Assembly: GCA_029564765.1 (NCBI GenBank)
Contig: JAKQPK010000050.1
Location: 210,977 to 274,976 of the forward strand
DNA length: 64,000 nt
Direction: 5' to 3'
Source of the DNA: Candidatus Omnitrophota bacterium
GTDB lineage: Bacteria; Omnitrophota; Gorgyraeia; Zapsychrales; Aceulaceae
Part shown: in pieces, positions 55,201 to 62,579 of the stretch
Layout: every line of letters begins with the position of its first letter
Position numbering within the stretch: position 1 is the first letter of the stretch
The notes under the pieces: model-generated
What the model saw: only the letters and a program-made list of their open reading frames with translations
Databases searched by the model: none
What the model was told of the DNA's origin: nothing
Translations under genes and position numbers: made by a program

Positions 55201-55422
55201 GCAAGGCCCTAAGCATCCGGTTTCCACAATATCGATCACGACACCATTTTTTTCTATTTTCTCCTGAAGCCGCTTCTTGATCTCCAACGCGCCGCTGGCA
55301 ATACATCCTCCTCCCGTGCAAATGAGGACTTCCTTGTATATGCTTCGCCTTGCCTTTTCTGCAACAGCGGCATCCTTGATGCGATCCAACTCTTTTAGTG
55401 ATGTGATCCTCTCAGTTAACAT
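52285..55422 (-). CDS. hydB: HydB/NuoF-like diaphorase fused to a GltD/NfnB-like FAD-NADP(H) module
   Basis: GLRGRGGAGF, NADEGDPG, GEETAL, ESCGKCVPCR; then APCQSACP, GAGPAGL, GGGNAAID, IYRRS, FAGGD. Confidence 0.92.
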   Translation of the reverse strand: MLTERITSLKELDRIKDAAVAEKARRSIYKEVLICTGGGCIASGALEIKKRLQEKIEKNGVVIDIVETGCLGPCAKGPVMVVNPGHVFYENVSLQDVDQIFEEHLFKGKVVERLLHRNYETNQAVQDIKDVDFFKRQTKVVLRHCGTIDPQNIVDYIRVDGYQALAKALTSLTADQIIDEVKRSGLRGRGGAGFSTGMKWDFARKALGDVKYVICNADEGDPGAFMNRSVLEGDPHSVIEGMMIAALAIGAKQGFVYVRAEYPLAVSRLMKAIEQARACGLLGDKILGTDFSFDLDIRMGSGAFVCGEETALMASLEGKRGEPRPRPPFPAIKGLWGKPSLLNNVETYVNVPVILLKGADWFASMGSEKSKGTKVFALAGAVNNTGLVEVPIGTSLGELIYDIGGGIKNGKEFKAAQIGGPSGGCIPKQHLNVPLDYDTLVELGAIMGSGGLIVMDDDSCIVDVARFFLEFVQDESCGKCVPCRVGSKRMLEILEKICRGEGEPADLKKLVELGEGIKDSALCGLGYTSANPVRSTLRHFPKEYEEHIRDKHCEAGVCPDLVRAPCQSACPAGVDVPGFVALTGEERYAEALKLHRERNPFAAVCARVCFHTCEDKCRRATLDTSVSIRGVKRFMVDQEIVVQIPEMHQNEKNATKKIAIIGAGPAGLSCAYFLARLGYRPKVFEKEMRPGGMLVQTIPAYRLPRETLAREIRMIEQLGVDIETGKALGRDFTIESLKKHGYEAIFVAVGAPESVRLGLDGEDAQGVVDALDFLRTYNIRGSVPVGKKVIVVGGGNAAIDASRSALRLGAQEVTVIYRRSQNEMPAYAEEVDEAVHEGVKILPLTHPIEIKKDKNGKVCGLKCIHMKLGDFDQTGRRRPTANTEDVFDIETDQVIVAIGQKMDAKKILDGSVVKLSEKSFIIADPVSGKTSAEGIFAGGDVATGPSSVVMAIASGERAAVGIDQYLTGEAHAFWRKQKETKVDFDPDADPVPYPREPLRLIDVARRKHNFDEVEQSWNEGVARRQAKRCLRCDYGKCVEQKGGQA

Positions 55423-55979
55423 GCCGCAGCCTCCTGTGTCGGTTGTTTCGCGTCACGATACGCGCCCAAAAGCTCTTTGATCTTCGCCGGCTTAACGCGT
55501 TGGTGCACATCATCGTTGATCATGACAACGGGGGCTAAGCCGCAAGCCCCAAAACAACGCCCAACCTCAAGAGAAAACATCTTATCCTCGGTCGTTTCGC
55601 CAATATTAATCCCTAAGGTTTTCTGCATGGCAGATAAAACTTCCTTGCCTCCTCGAACATAACACGCGGTCCCTAGGCAAACACGTACCAAATTCTTTCC
55701 GCGAGGGTTTGTTGAAAAGAAAGAATAAAAAGAAACAACACCAGCCACCTGGCTATAAGGAATATGTAGTCGCTCACCGATACGGCGTAGGACATTTTTC
55801 GGAAGATATCCAAACAAATTCTGAGCAGCCTGCAAGATGGGGATCAACGCGCCATCCGTAGATTGATACGTATCAATGATCACGTCTAATCGCTTGAGCA
55901 TCTCGCTTTCTGAAAGCTCGCTGCAACCGCAGGAAGCTGTGGGTGGATTCTCTGACGGGTTCTGATGTGCTTGCTTCAC
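55416..55979 (-). CDS. hydC: HydC/NuoE-like [2Fe-2S] subunit (copy 1)
   Basis: LIPILQAAQ, CLGTAC, CFGACGLAP; GTG start after AAGGAGG. Confidence 0.93.
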   Translation of the reverse strand: MKQAHQNPSENPPTASCGCSELSESEMLKRLDVIIDTYQSTDGALIPILQAAQNLFGYLPKNVLRRIGERLHIPYSQVAGVVSFYSFFSTNPRGKNLVRVCLGTACYVRGGKEVLSAMQKTLGINIGETTEDKMFSLEVGRCFGACGLAPVVMINDDVHQRVKPAKIKELLGAYRDAKQPTQEAAAC

Positions 55980-56006
55980 GGGACCTCCTTTATATAAATG
56001 CCTATC

Positions 56007-56042
56007 AAAAGAAAAACCGGTTTACCGTTACCGATAAACCGG
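56007..56042 (-). terminator. Strong intrinsic terminator about 30 nt upstream of hydC1
   Basis: Minus strand CCGGTTTATCG-GTAA-CGGTAAACCGG-TTTTTCTTTT (GNRA loop, one G-U pair). Confidence 0.8.
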
Positions 56043-56211
56043 AAAAAATAACTGCTGACGATACGCGAAGGACGCTCTACGCAAACAATGCTCCGTTTCT
56101 GAATACGTGTTCATCTTTTCGTTTTTGTATAGGAAACATTATACATAAAATGCCATAAAGCAAAAAGATTTTTTATTGATCACATTTTTAAGAAAATACA
56201 TGCAGGATCAT

Positions 56212-56934
56212 TTACGTTAAACGGATCACGACTTTCTTTTGATTCAAGGCTTGTTTTAAATGTGCCAACGATAATGTTGGCATCTCGATCTCGTTATAGA
56301 CACAGCCAATGTCTTTCGGTAAATGCGCATCCGAGCTTGACACAAGGGCGTAGGGATGCTGTCCTAGGTCGACTGCGCTGCACTGCGCATGATACACCTC
56401 CAAGGCATCAACGATCGGCTCCGCGGGAATAAAACCAAGCTGGGAAACAAGGCCAAAGACCATCCGGTCGACATGCGCCGGAATGATCAGGCCGTTGCGC
56501 TTCCTGACGCTGGCGCAAAGATCATAAAAGCTGATCGTCGTCGCGTTGCCAAGATATTTTTCAACAAAACCCAGCACCTCTTCCTCCTCATTCACATAAA
56601 CCTGATCCCCAAAGATCTCAGGCTGATTACGAACATCCGGTAAATGCGCTTCCACATAAGAACCAAACTCCTGGATCGTTTCAAGATCTTGAAAAAGACA
56701 AAGGACATGACATTCTTCGCGCGTTGTGACTTCTGCGCCTCCCAGGCAAAATAGATTTGATCGCTGACACAAAGAAAAGAAGGCAGGACAATTACGAGTA
56801 CAGTTGTGGTCCGTCAAAGCGATCAACGACATCCCCTTCTTAAGCGCGGCAGCAACAATGTTCTGAGGAGACATCTCCAGGCTCGCGCAAGGCGAAACGG
56901 TTGAATGAATATGAAAATCCGCCTTAACGCGCAT
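56212..56934 (-). CDS. PHP domain phosphoesterase
   Basis: DFHIHS, ALTDHN, AHVDR, SSDAH. Confidence 0.92.
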   Translation of the reverse strand: MRVKADFHIHSTVSPCASLEMSPQNIVAAALKKGMSLIALTDHNCTRNCPAFFSLCQRSNLFCLGGAEVTTREECHVLCLFQDLETIQEFGSYVEAHLPDVRNQPEIFGDQVYVNEEEEVLGFVEKYLGNATTISFYDLCASVRKRNGLIIPAHVDRMVFGLVSQLGFIPAEPIVDALEVYHAQCSAVDLGQHPYALVSSSDAHLPKDIGCVYNEIEMPTLSLAHLKQALNQKKVVIRLT

Positions 56935-57268
56935 GATCCTTTGCCAGCAATTGGCCGATCAACACGGACAGGTCGAACTGATTAAGCGTTGAGCAAAAAA
57001 TCGCGATGCGTTCTTTTTTAGCGGCCTGCGCCATATCTTCGAGGATCTCGCGATCGTTGGCAATGATCAACGCGCGAATACCAACTAATTTCGCGACAGC
57101 GATCGTATTGATATGGGCCTGGATAGTGATGAGCACGTTATCTGCTGCGGCATGCGCCATCACATCACTCAAAAGATCTGAGGTATAACCTCCAGTAATC
57201 ACCGCGTCATCAAAATCTTCCTGGACAAGCTTCAGCTGCGCGCACCGTGTGAGGTCTTTAATGGTCAT
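56924..57268 (-). CDS. DRTGG domain protein
   Basis: GGYTSDLLSDVM, VLITIQAHINTIAVA. Confidence 0.85.
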   Translation of the reverse strand: MTIKDLTRCAQLKLVQEDFDDAVITGGYTSDLLSDVMAHAAADNVLITIQAHINTIAVAKLVGIRALIIANDREILEDMAQAAKKERIAIFCSTLNQFDLSVLIGQLLAKDHAR

Positions 57269-58199
57269 GCTCTTCTCCTTTTTTATTCTTAAAATAAATA
57301 ACAGCCCGAACGGTCGTCCCTTTGCCTAAAGAGGATTGAAACTCAAATTCATCCGAAACCCGGCGGATATTCGCCAGCCCCATCCCCGCTCCAAAACCTA
57401 AGGATTTGATCCATTCGTTAGCGGTTGAATACCCTTCTTGAAGGGCAAGCTCTGGGTTTTCAATCCCAGGGGCTGCGTCCTTGGCGACGATCTCCGCGCG
57501 ATCTTGATCGATCGCGACCGTCAGCGTCCCTCCTTCAGAATGGACGGTAATATTGATCTCCATTTCGTACATCGCGACAGCGACGCGACGGATATCCCGA
57601 GGATCATGCTTGCGTTCTGTTAAAAGCTTTTTGATCCGGTTAGAGGCGATCCCGGCATGCTCAAAATCATACTTACGGATGCGAAACACTTTACGAAAAT
57701 TCTTGGCATCCACCGGCGCATTCTGAGCCAACATTTCTTCCATGCGCGAAACTTCTTTATTGATCGCCATGAGAAGCCCCACATTGATGTCGCGGCTTGT
57801 GATCATGCCGACCAAAAGATTATCCTTGTCCACAACAGGAAAACGCCCATACTTAAACTTATCAAAATAAGATATCGCGAACGCCAAAGGCATATCTTCT
57901 TCTAAGATCACCAACTTCTTGGACATATATTTCTCAGCTAACTCATCCATATAGCCATTATCAAGCGCCTTAAAAATATCATCAATGCTTAAAATGCCTA
58001 AAAGTCGGTCTTTTTTGACGATCGGAATGCCAGTCACATTCCTCTGTTTCATCAATGTTTTGATATGATGGAGCGTGTCTTGAGCGCAGGCAACGACCAG
58101 ATCGCGGCTCATGACATCCTTGATCTTCAGCTGATAGATCAGATCAAGGATCAATGACGCAGAATCTTCGGCCTTGATCGGGATGTTCTTATCGATCAT
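57258..58199 (-). CDS. CBS-pair - RsbT-like Ser/Thr kinase (HATPase) fusion
   Basis: CBS pair, then AGIASNRIKK, YEMEIN, D..PGI, EGYSTA, GFGAGMGL. Confidence 0.88.
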   Translation of the reverse strand: MIDKNIPIKAEDSASLILDLIYQLKIKDVMSRDLVVACAQDTLHHIKTLMKQRNVTGIPIVKKDRLLGILSIDDIFKALDNGYMDELAEKYMSKKLVILEEDMPLAFAISYFDKFKYGRFPVVDKDNLLVGMITSRDINVGLLMAINKEVSRMEEMLAQNAPVDAKNFRKVFRIRKYDFEHAGIASNRIKKLLTERKHDPRDIRRVAVAMYEMEINITVHSEGGTLTVAIDQDRAEIVAKDAAPGIENPELALQEGYSTANEWIKSLGFGAGMGLANIRRVSDEFEFQSSLGKGTTVRAVIYFKNKKGEEHDH

Positions 58200-58540
58200 G
58201 CCGCGTGCTCCTTAAGGCGATGAATGATGCCGCAGGTCTGAAAAGTGGAAAGCTTGGTCCTTAATAACGTAATATCGAATTCTTTTGCAGCAGCCTTCAT
58301 ATCCGCAGAGACTGGTTTTCCATTGACGATCACAACGCCGATGGCGCTGACGATATCCGCGGTCCGGATCGCCTGGGCGGTCGATAAAGACGTGATCAGG
58401 ATATCGATCTCATTATCGACCAATAACACATCGCTCATCAAATCTGAGGCGATAAACGATCTTAAATCTTTTGTCCCACCTTCTTTGCGCCGGTACAAAA
58501 TTTCACAATCTAGCTCTTTGATAAGCGTATCACCCTTCAT
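58196..58540 (-). CDS. DRTGG domain protein
   Basis: ASDLMSDVL, ILITSL, QAIRTA; probable start 58540. Confidence 0.82.
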   Translation of the reverse strand: MKGDTLIKELDCEILYRRKEGGTKDLRSFIASDLMSDVLLVDNEIDILITSLSTAQAIRTADIVSAIGVVIVNGKPVSADMKAAAKEFDITLLRTKLSTFQTCGIIHRLKEHAA

Positions 58541-59192
58541 GAAGCAACCTCTTTCCTTTATGATAATCGTGGTCCTTGCTGAGCGCATTTACAAAATAAA
58601 ACAAATTCTCGATCTTAAGCTCAATATTAACCGTATCGACAACCGTCCCTTCAGCTTCTCGAATGTAAACTCTGGCAAAATTCAGAACACCTTTAATGCC
58701 CGCTGCCGCCATCTTCTCATAGATCGTCGCGCAGTCGTTCTCAGGGACAGCGATAATACCGACCTTGATCTGATTCTTTTTGACAAAATCTTCCATTCTT
58801 TCAAGCGGATAGATCGGGACCTTCGCGTCCGGGTCCCACTTAGCCTTGTTGATATCAAAACCCGCCATGATCTTTAATTTTTCTCCGTGGAAACCGTTAT
58901 ACTCAATGAGCGCGCGGCCAATATTGCCACAACCTACAACGATCACGCGCTGCTTTTTGTCGCCTACAAGGATATGATCCAGCTTATCGATCAGCGCATC
59001 CACGCTATAGCCTCCACGCTTATTGCCGGTGATCTTAAAAGCGGAGAAATCCTTGCGCACTTGTGATGATGCCAATCCTGTGGCGTCCCCAAGGTTATCG
59101 GAAAACACCTTCACAAGCCCAAGTTTTTTAAAATTCGTTAACGCGTTCTTATACTTAAGCAATCTTGATATGAATTCCTTACTCTCAGTCAC
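58530..59192 (-). CDS. rex: Redox-sensing transcriptional repressor Rex
   Basis: SQVRKDFS, GNKRGGYSV, VVGCGNIGRAL, GVLNFA. Confidence 0.92.
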   Translation of the reverse strand: MTESKEFISRLLKYKNALTNFKKLGLVKVFSDNLGDATGLASSQVRKDFSAFKITGNKRGGYSVDALIDKLDHILVGDKKQRVIVVGCGNIGRALIEYNGFHGEKLKIMAGFDINKAKWDPDAKVPIYPLERMEDFVKKNQIKVGIIAVPENDCATIYEKMAAAGIKGVLNFARVYIREAEGTVVDTVNIELKIENLFYFVNALSKDHDYHKGKRLLHEG

Positions 59193-59259
59193 ATAAACCT
59201 CCTTATTTCGTATATTTTATGTAATGATAGTATCATAATCTATTATGTTGTCAATTTAA

Positions 59260-59277
59260 ATGTTATTGTAATAACAA
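59260..59277. promoter_or_regulatory. Rex operator between the divergent operons
   Basis: ATGTTATTGTAATAACAA, similar to the clostridial Rex consensus TTGTTAANNNNTTAACAA; adjacent to rex. Confidence 0.72.
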
Positions 59278-59353
59278 AACATTTTTCTTGATTAATTACG
59301 CCCTTTCACTTATAATTTCCCCTATTCTTAAGCGTTGTGATCAGGAGGATAAA

Positions 59354-59824
59354 ATGGAAACGATCAAAAACCTTGAACTAAAACCTTCCCTTATTGACTA
59401 TATCGCTCAATGGAGAGATAAACCAGGAAACCTTATCATGATCTTGCATAAGGCCCAAGAAGAATACGGGTTTATCCCTCGCGATGTCGCTTTCAAGCTT
59501 GCTGAAGTTCTGGATGTTCCTCTGGCAAAGATCTATGGCGTTATTACCTTCTATCATTTCTTTAAATTAGAAAAACGAGGAAAGAATATCATTAATGTCT
59601 GTATGGGTACAGCCTGTTATCTAAAAGGCGGTGAAGACATCATTAAAGAACTTGAGATCATTTTGGGTGTTGGCCTGAACACGGTCACGCCCGATGGAAA
59701 ATTTTCCGTTGAGGCTGTACGTTGTTTAGGCTGTTGCGGCTTGGCTCCGGTCGTATCGATTAACGGGACCGTTTATGGTAAGCTGTCCAAAAACCAGCTC
59801 CCAGAAATTCTTTCTAAGTATTAA
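59354..59824 (+). CDS. hydC: HydC/NuoE-like [2Fe-2S] subunit (copy 2)
   Basis: LIMILHKAQ, CMGTAC, CLGCCGLAP; ATG 59354 after AGGAGG. Confidence 0.93.
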   Translation: METIKNLELKPSLIDYIAQWRDKPGNLIMILHKAQEEYGFIPRDVAFKLAEVLDVPLAKIYGVITFYHFFKLEKRGKNIINVCMGTACYLKGGEDIIKELEIILGVGLNTVTPDGKFSVEAVRCLGCCGLAPVVSINGTVYGKLSKNQLPEILSKY

Positions 59825-59827
59825 ACA

Positions 59828-60370
59828 ATGCATTTAACGCTTTGTGATTTCTTAAGCGATATCGTTGAGAACGCGATCGCGTCAGACGCGACAATGATCA
59901 TCGTGGATGTGATTGAAAGCGAGGAAGAATTTCGCTTTCTGATCGCGGATAACGGGAAAGGGATGGACCCGGAAACGCTGTCAAAGGTACACAGCCCTTT
60001 TACGACCGATGGCAAAAAACACCATCGGCCCCAAGGATTTGGCGTGTCGTTTCTAGCGCAAGCGGCTGACCATGGTTGCGGGACATGGGATATTCGGTCT
60101 GAAAAAGACCTTGGGACGTCGGTCATGTTCACCTTTCTTAAGGCACATATCGACACTCCCCCGCTGGGTGATGTGACCCAAACGCTCTTGCAGCTCCTCG
60201 CCTTTGACGGAAAGCATGATCTGTTGATCAATCGATCGCGCAAGGACAGAAAATATTCTGTCCTTCGCAGTGATCTGATAAAAACTTTAAGCGATTTGTC
60301 TTGCGCTGGCAATCTAATGTTAGCTAAACGATACATTGATAGCCTTGAGCAAGACATCAAAAAAACATAG
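59828..60370 (+). CDS. HATPase_c (histidine kinase-like ATP-binding) protein of hydrogenase operons
   Basis: DIVENAI, IADNGKGM, PFTT, GFGV, HIDTPPLGD. Confidence 0.85.
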   Translation: MHLTLCDFLSDIVENAIASDATMIIVDVIESEEEFRFLIADNGKGMDPETLSKVHSPFTTDGKKHHRPQGFGVSFLAQAADHGCGTWDIRSEKDLGTSVMFTFLKAHIDTPPLGDVTQTLLQLLAFDGKHDLLINRSRKDRKYSVLRSDLIKTLSDLSCAGNLMLAKRYIDSLEQDIKKT

Positions 60371-60379
60371 GAGTTATTT

Positions 60380-60769
60380 ATGGGTAAGCTGACACTCGAC
60401 GATCTGCGCAAGATGCGCGAATCACTGAAGAACGAAATGGACAAGCGTGACGGCGAAAAGGATATCCGCATCGTCGTTGGTATGGGCACATGCGGTATTG
60501 CCGCGGGAGCGAAAAAAACCCTAGAAGCTTTTATCGAAGACCTCGATAAGCGCAGTTTAAAAAACGTTTCGGTAAAACAGACTGGTTGCATGGGCAACTG
60601 TAATGTTGAACCAACGGTCGAGGTCTTCATGCCAGAGATGCCGGCAACGCTTTACGGAAACGTTTCCGCGGATGTCGCCCGCAAGATCGTCCAGAAACAC
60701 ATCCTTGAGAGGACACTGCTCAACGACCACATTCAAGACAAACCTTCTATCGATATTGTTAAACACTAA
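60380..60769 (+). CDS. Thioredoxin-like [2Fe-2S] ferredoxin subunit (HydD/HndB-like)
   Basis: VGMGTCGIAAGA, TGCMGNCNVEP. Confidence 0.88.
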   Translation: MGKLTLDDLRKMRESLKNEMDKRDGEKDIRIVVGMGTCGIAAGAKKTLEAFIEDLDKRSLKNVSVKQTGCMGNCNVEPTVEVFMPEMPATLYGNVSADVARKIVQKHILERTLLNDHIQDKPSIDIVKH

Positions 60770-60780
60770 AGAGGTTTTTT

Positions 60781-62577
60781 ATGCCCTATAAACATTATAT
60801 CCTGATCTGCGCTGGAACAGCTTGCGAGTCAAGCCACGCGCAGGAAATTCATGATAATTTTATCAAGGAGATCAAGGACCGTCAGCTGGAAAGCGACGTG
60901 CAAGTCGTTAAAACAGGCTGCTTTGGGTTTTGTGAGCAGGGCCCGATCGTCAAGATCCTCCCGGACAACGCGTTTTACGTCAAACTAAAGCCTGAAGACG
61001 TGAAAGAAATCGTTGATGAGAACATCATTAAAGGGCGCGTCGTGCAACGCCTTCTCTATAGCCCTAAAGAAGATAAAGGCCGTCATCAAATGACCGATGT
61101 CGCCAATATTGATTTTTATCAAAAACAGTTCCGCATTGTCCTCAGGAACTGTGGCATCATTGACCCGGAAAAGATCGATGAATATATCGCTCGAGATGGC
61201 TACAAAGCGCTGGAAAAAGTCCTCTTTGAAATGTCCCCAACTCAAGTTATCGATGAAGTTTCTCGGTCGGGGCTTCGCGGCCGCGGAGGCGCAGGCTTTC
61301 CGACAGGACTGAAGTGGTCTTTCACGCAAAAAACTTCTAGCGATGTGAAATACATTGTCTGTAATGCGGATGAGGGAGATCCTGGAGCTTACATGGATCG
61401 AAGCACTCTTGAGGGTGACCCTCATTCTATTTTAGAAGCCATGACCATCGCCGGATATGCGGTTGGCGCCCACAAAGGTTATATCTATATCCGCGCCGAA
61501 TATCCTCTAGCGATCGAACGGCTTAACATCGCGATCGGACAAGCGCGTGATTACGGCCTACTGGGTGAAAAAATACTCGGTAGTAATTTCGATTTTGACA
61601 TTGAGATACGCTTAGGGGCAGGAGCTTTTGTTTGCGGCGAAGAAACAGCCCTTCTAGCTTCTGTCGAGGGTGAGCGCGGGATGCCAAGGCCTCGGCCACC
61701 TTTTCCAGCCGTCAAAGGGCTCTGGGGTAAACCAACGGTCATCAATAATGTGGAGACTTGGGCCAATATCCCCGTTATCATTCTCAAAGGCGCTTCATGG
61801 TTCGCCAAGATCGGGACCGAAAGATCAAAAGGAACAAAAGTTTTTGCGTTAACCGGAAAGATCAATAATTCTGGCTTGATCGAAGTGCCGATGGGAACGA
61901 CCCTTCGCGAGATCATTTTTGATATCGGCGGCGGGATCAAGGACGGCAAACAATTTAAGGCCGCTCAAACCGGAGGGCCATCGGGTGGGGTTATCCCTGC
62001 AGAATTCCTCGATACGCCGATCGATTACGACAATTTAACAGCGATCGGTTCGATGATGGGTTCCGGCGGCATGATCGTCATGGACGAAGATGATTGTATC
62101 GTTGATATTACAAAGTTCTATCTGCAGTTCTCTGTTGATGAATCTTGCGGAAAATGCGCTCCCTGCCGTATCGGTGGCTATCAGCTTCTGAACCTGCTTG
62201 AGAAGATCACAAGTGGTCGAGGAGAAATGGCTGATTTGAACAAACTTTTTAAGATCTCCCAAGCCATGCAAAAAGCGTCGTTATGCGGGCTCGGGCAAAC
62301 GGCCAGTAATCCTGTTTTGTCGACGATGAAATATTTTGGTGAAGAATACCAAGAACACATCCAAAACAACAAATGCCGGGCTCGTAAATGTGCCCAGCTA
62401 TTAAAATTTGAGATCCTTCCAGAAAAATGCGTCAAATGCGGCCTGTGCGCTAAAGTATGTCCCGTGGGCGCTATTTCTGGCGACCGCGAAAAAGGCTATG
62501 TGATCGATCAAGCCAAATGCATTCGCTGCGGCCAATGCCTTGAACGGTGTAAATTCAAAGCTATCACACGAGGTTAA
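60781..62577 (+). CDS. hydB: HydB/NuoF-like subunit of an electron-bifurcating hydrogenase (copy 2)
   Basis: GLRGRGGAGF, DEGDPGAYMDR, FKAAQTGGPSGG, ESCGKCAPCR, C-terminal 2x[4Fe-4S]. Confidence 0.95.
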   Translation: MPYKHYILICAGTACESSHAQEIHDNFIKEIKDRQLESDVQVVKTGCFGFCEQGPIVKILPDNAFYVKLKPEDVKEIVDENIIKGRVVQRLLYSPKEDKGRHQMTDVANIDFYQKQFRIVLRNCGIIDPEKIDEYIARDGYKALEKVLFEMSPTQVIDEVSRSGLRGRGGAGFPTGLKWSFTQKTSSDVKYIVCNADEGDPGAYMDRSTLEGDPHSILEAMTIAGYAVGAHKGYIYIRAEYPLAIERLNIAIGQARDYGLLGEKILGSNFDFDIEIRLGAGAFVCGEETALLASVEGERGMPRPRPPFPAVKGLWGKPTVINNVETWANIPVIILKGASWFAKIGTERSKGTKVFALTGKINNSGLIEVPMGTTLREIIFDIGGGIKDGKQFKAAQTGGPSGGVIPAEFLDTPIDYDNLTAIGSMMGSGGMIVMDEDDCIVDITKFYLQFSVDESCGKCAPCRIGGYQLLNLLEKITSGRGEMADLNKLFKISQAMQKASLCGLGQTASNPVLSTMKYFGEEYQEHIQNNKCRARKCAQLLKFEILPEKCVKCGLCAKVCPVGAISGDREKGYVIDQAKCIRCGQCLERCKFKAITRG

Positions 62578-62579
62578 TC

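Noticed and set aside
59193-59353. Strand switch at ~59.3 kb as a replication origin/terminus or inversion
   Set aside because: Explained by a divergent Rex-controlled promoter region; no DnaA-box cluster, dif site or invertase seen.
58245-60630. Long antisense ORFs (58245..58877 +, 59821..60630 -) and the many other short opposite-strand ORFs in the track
   Set aside because: They lie antisense to or out of frame with well-supported genes and show no motifs or RBS.
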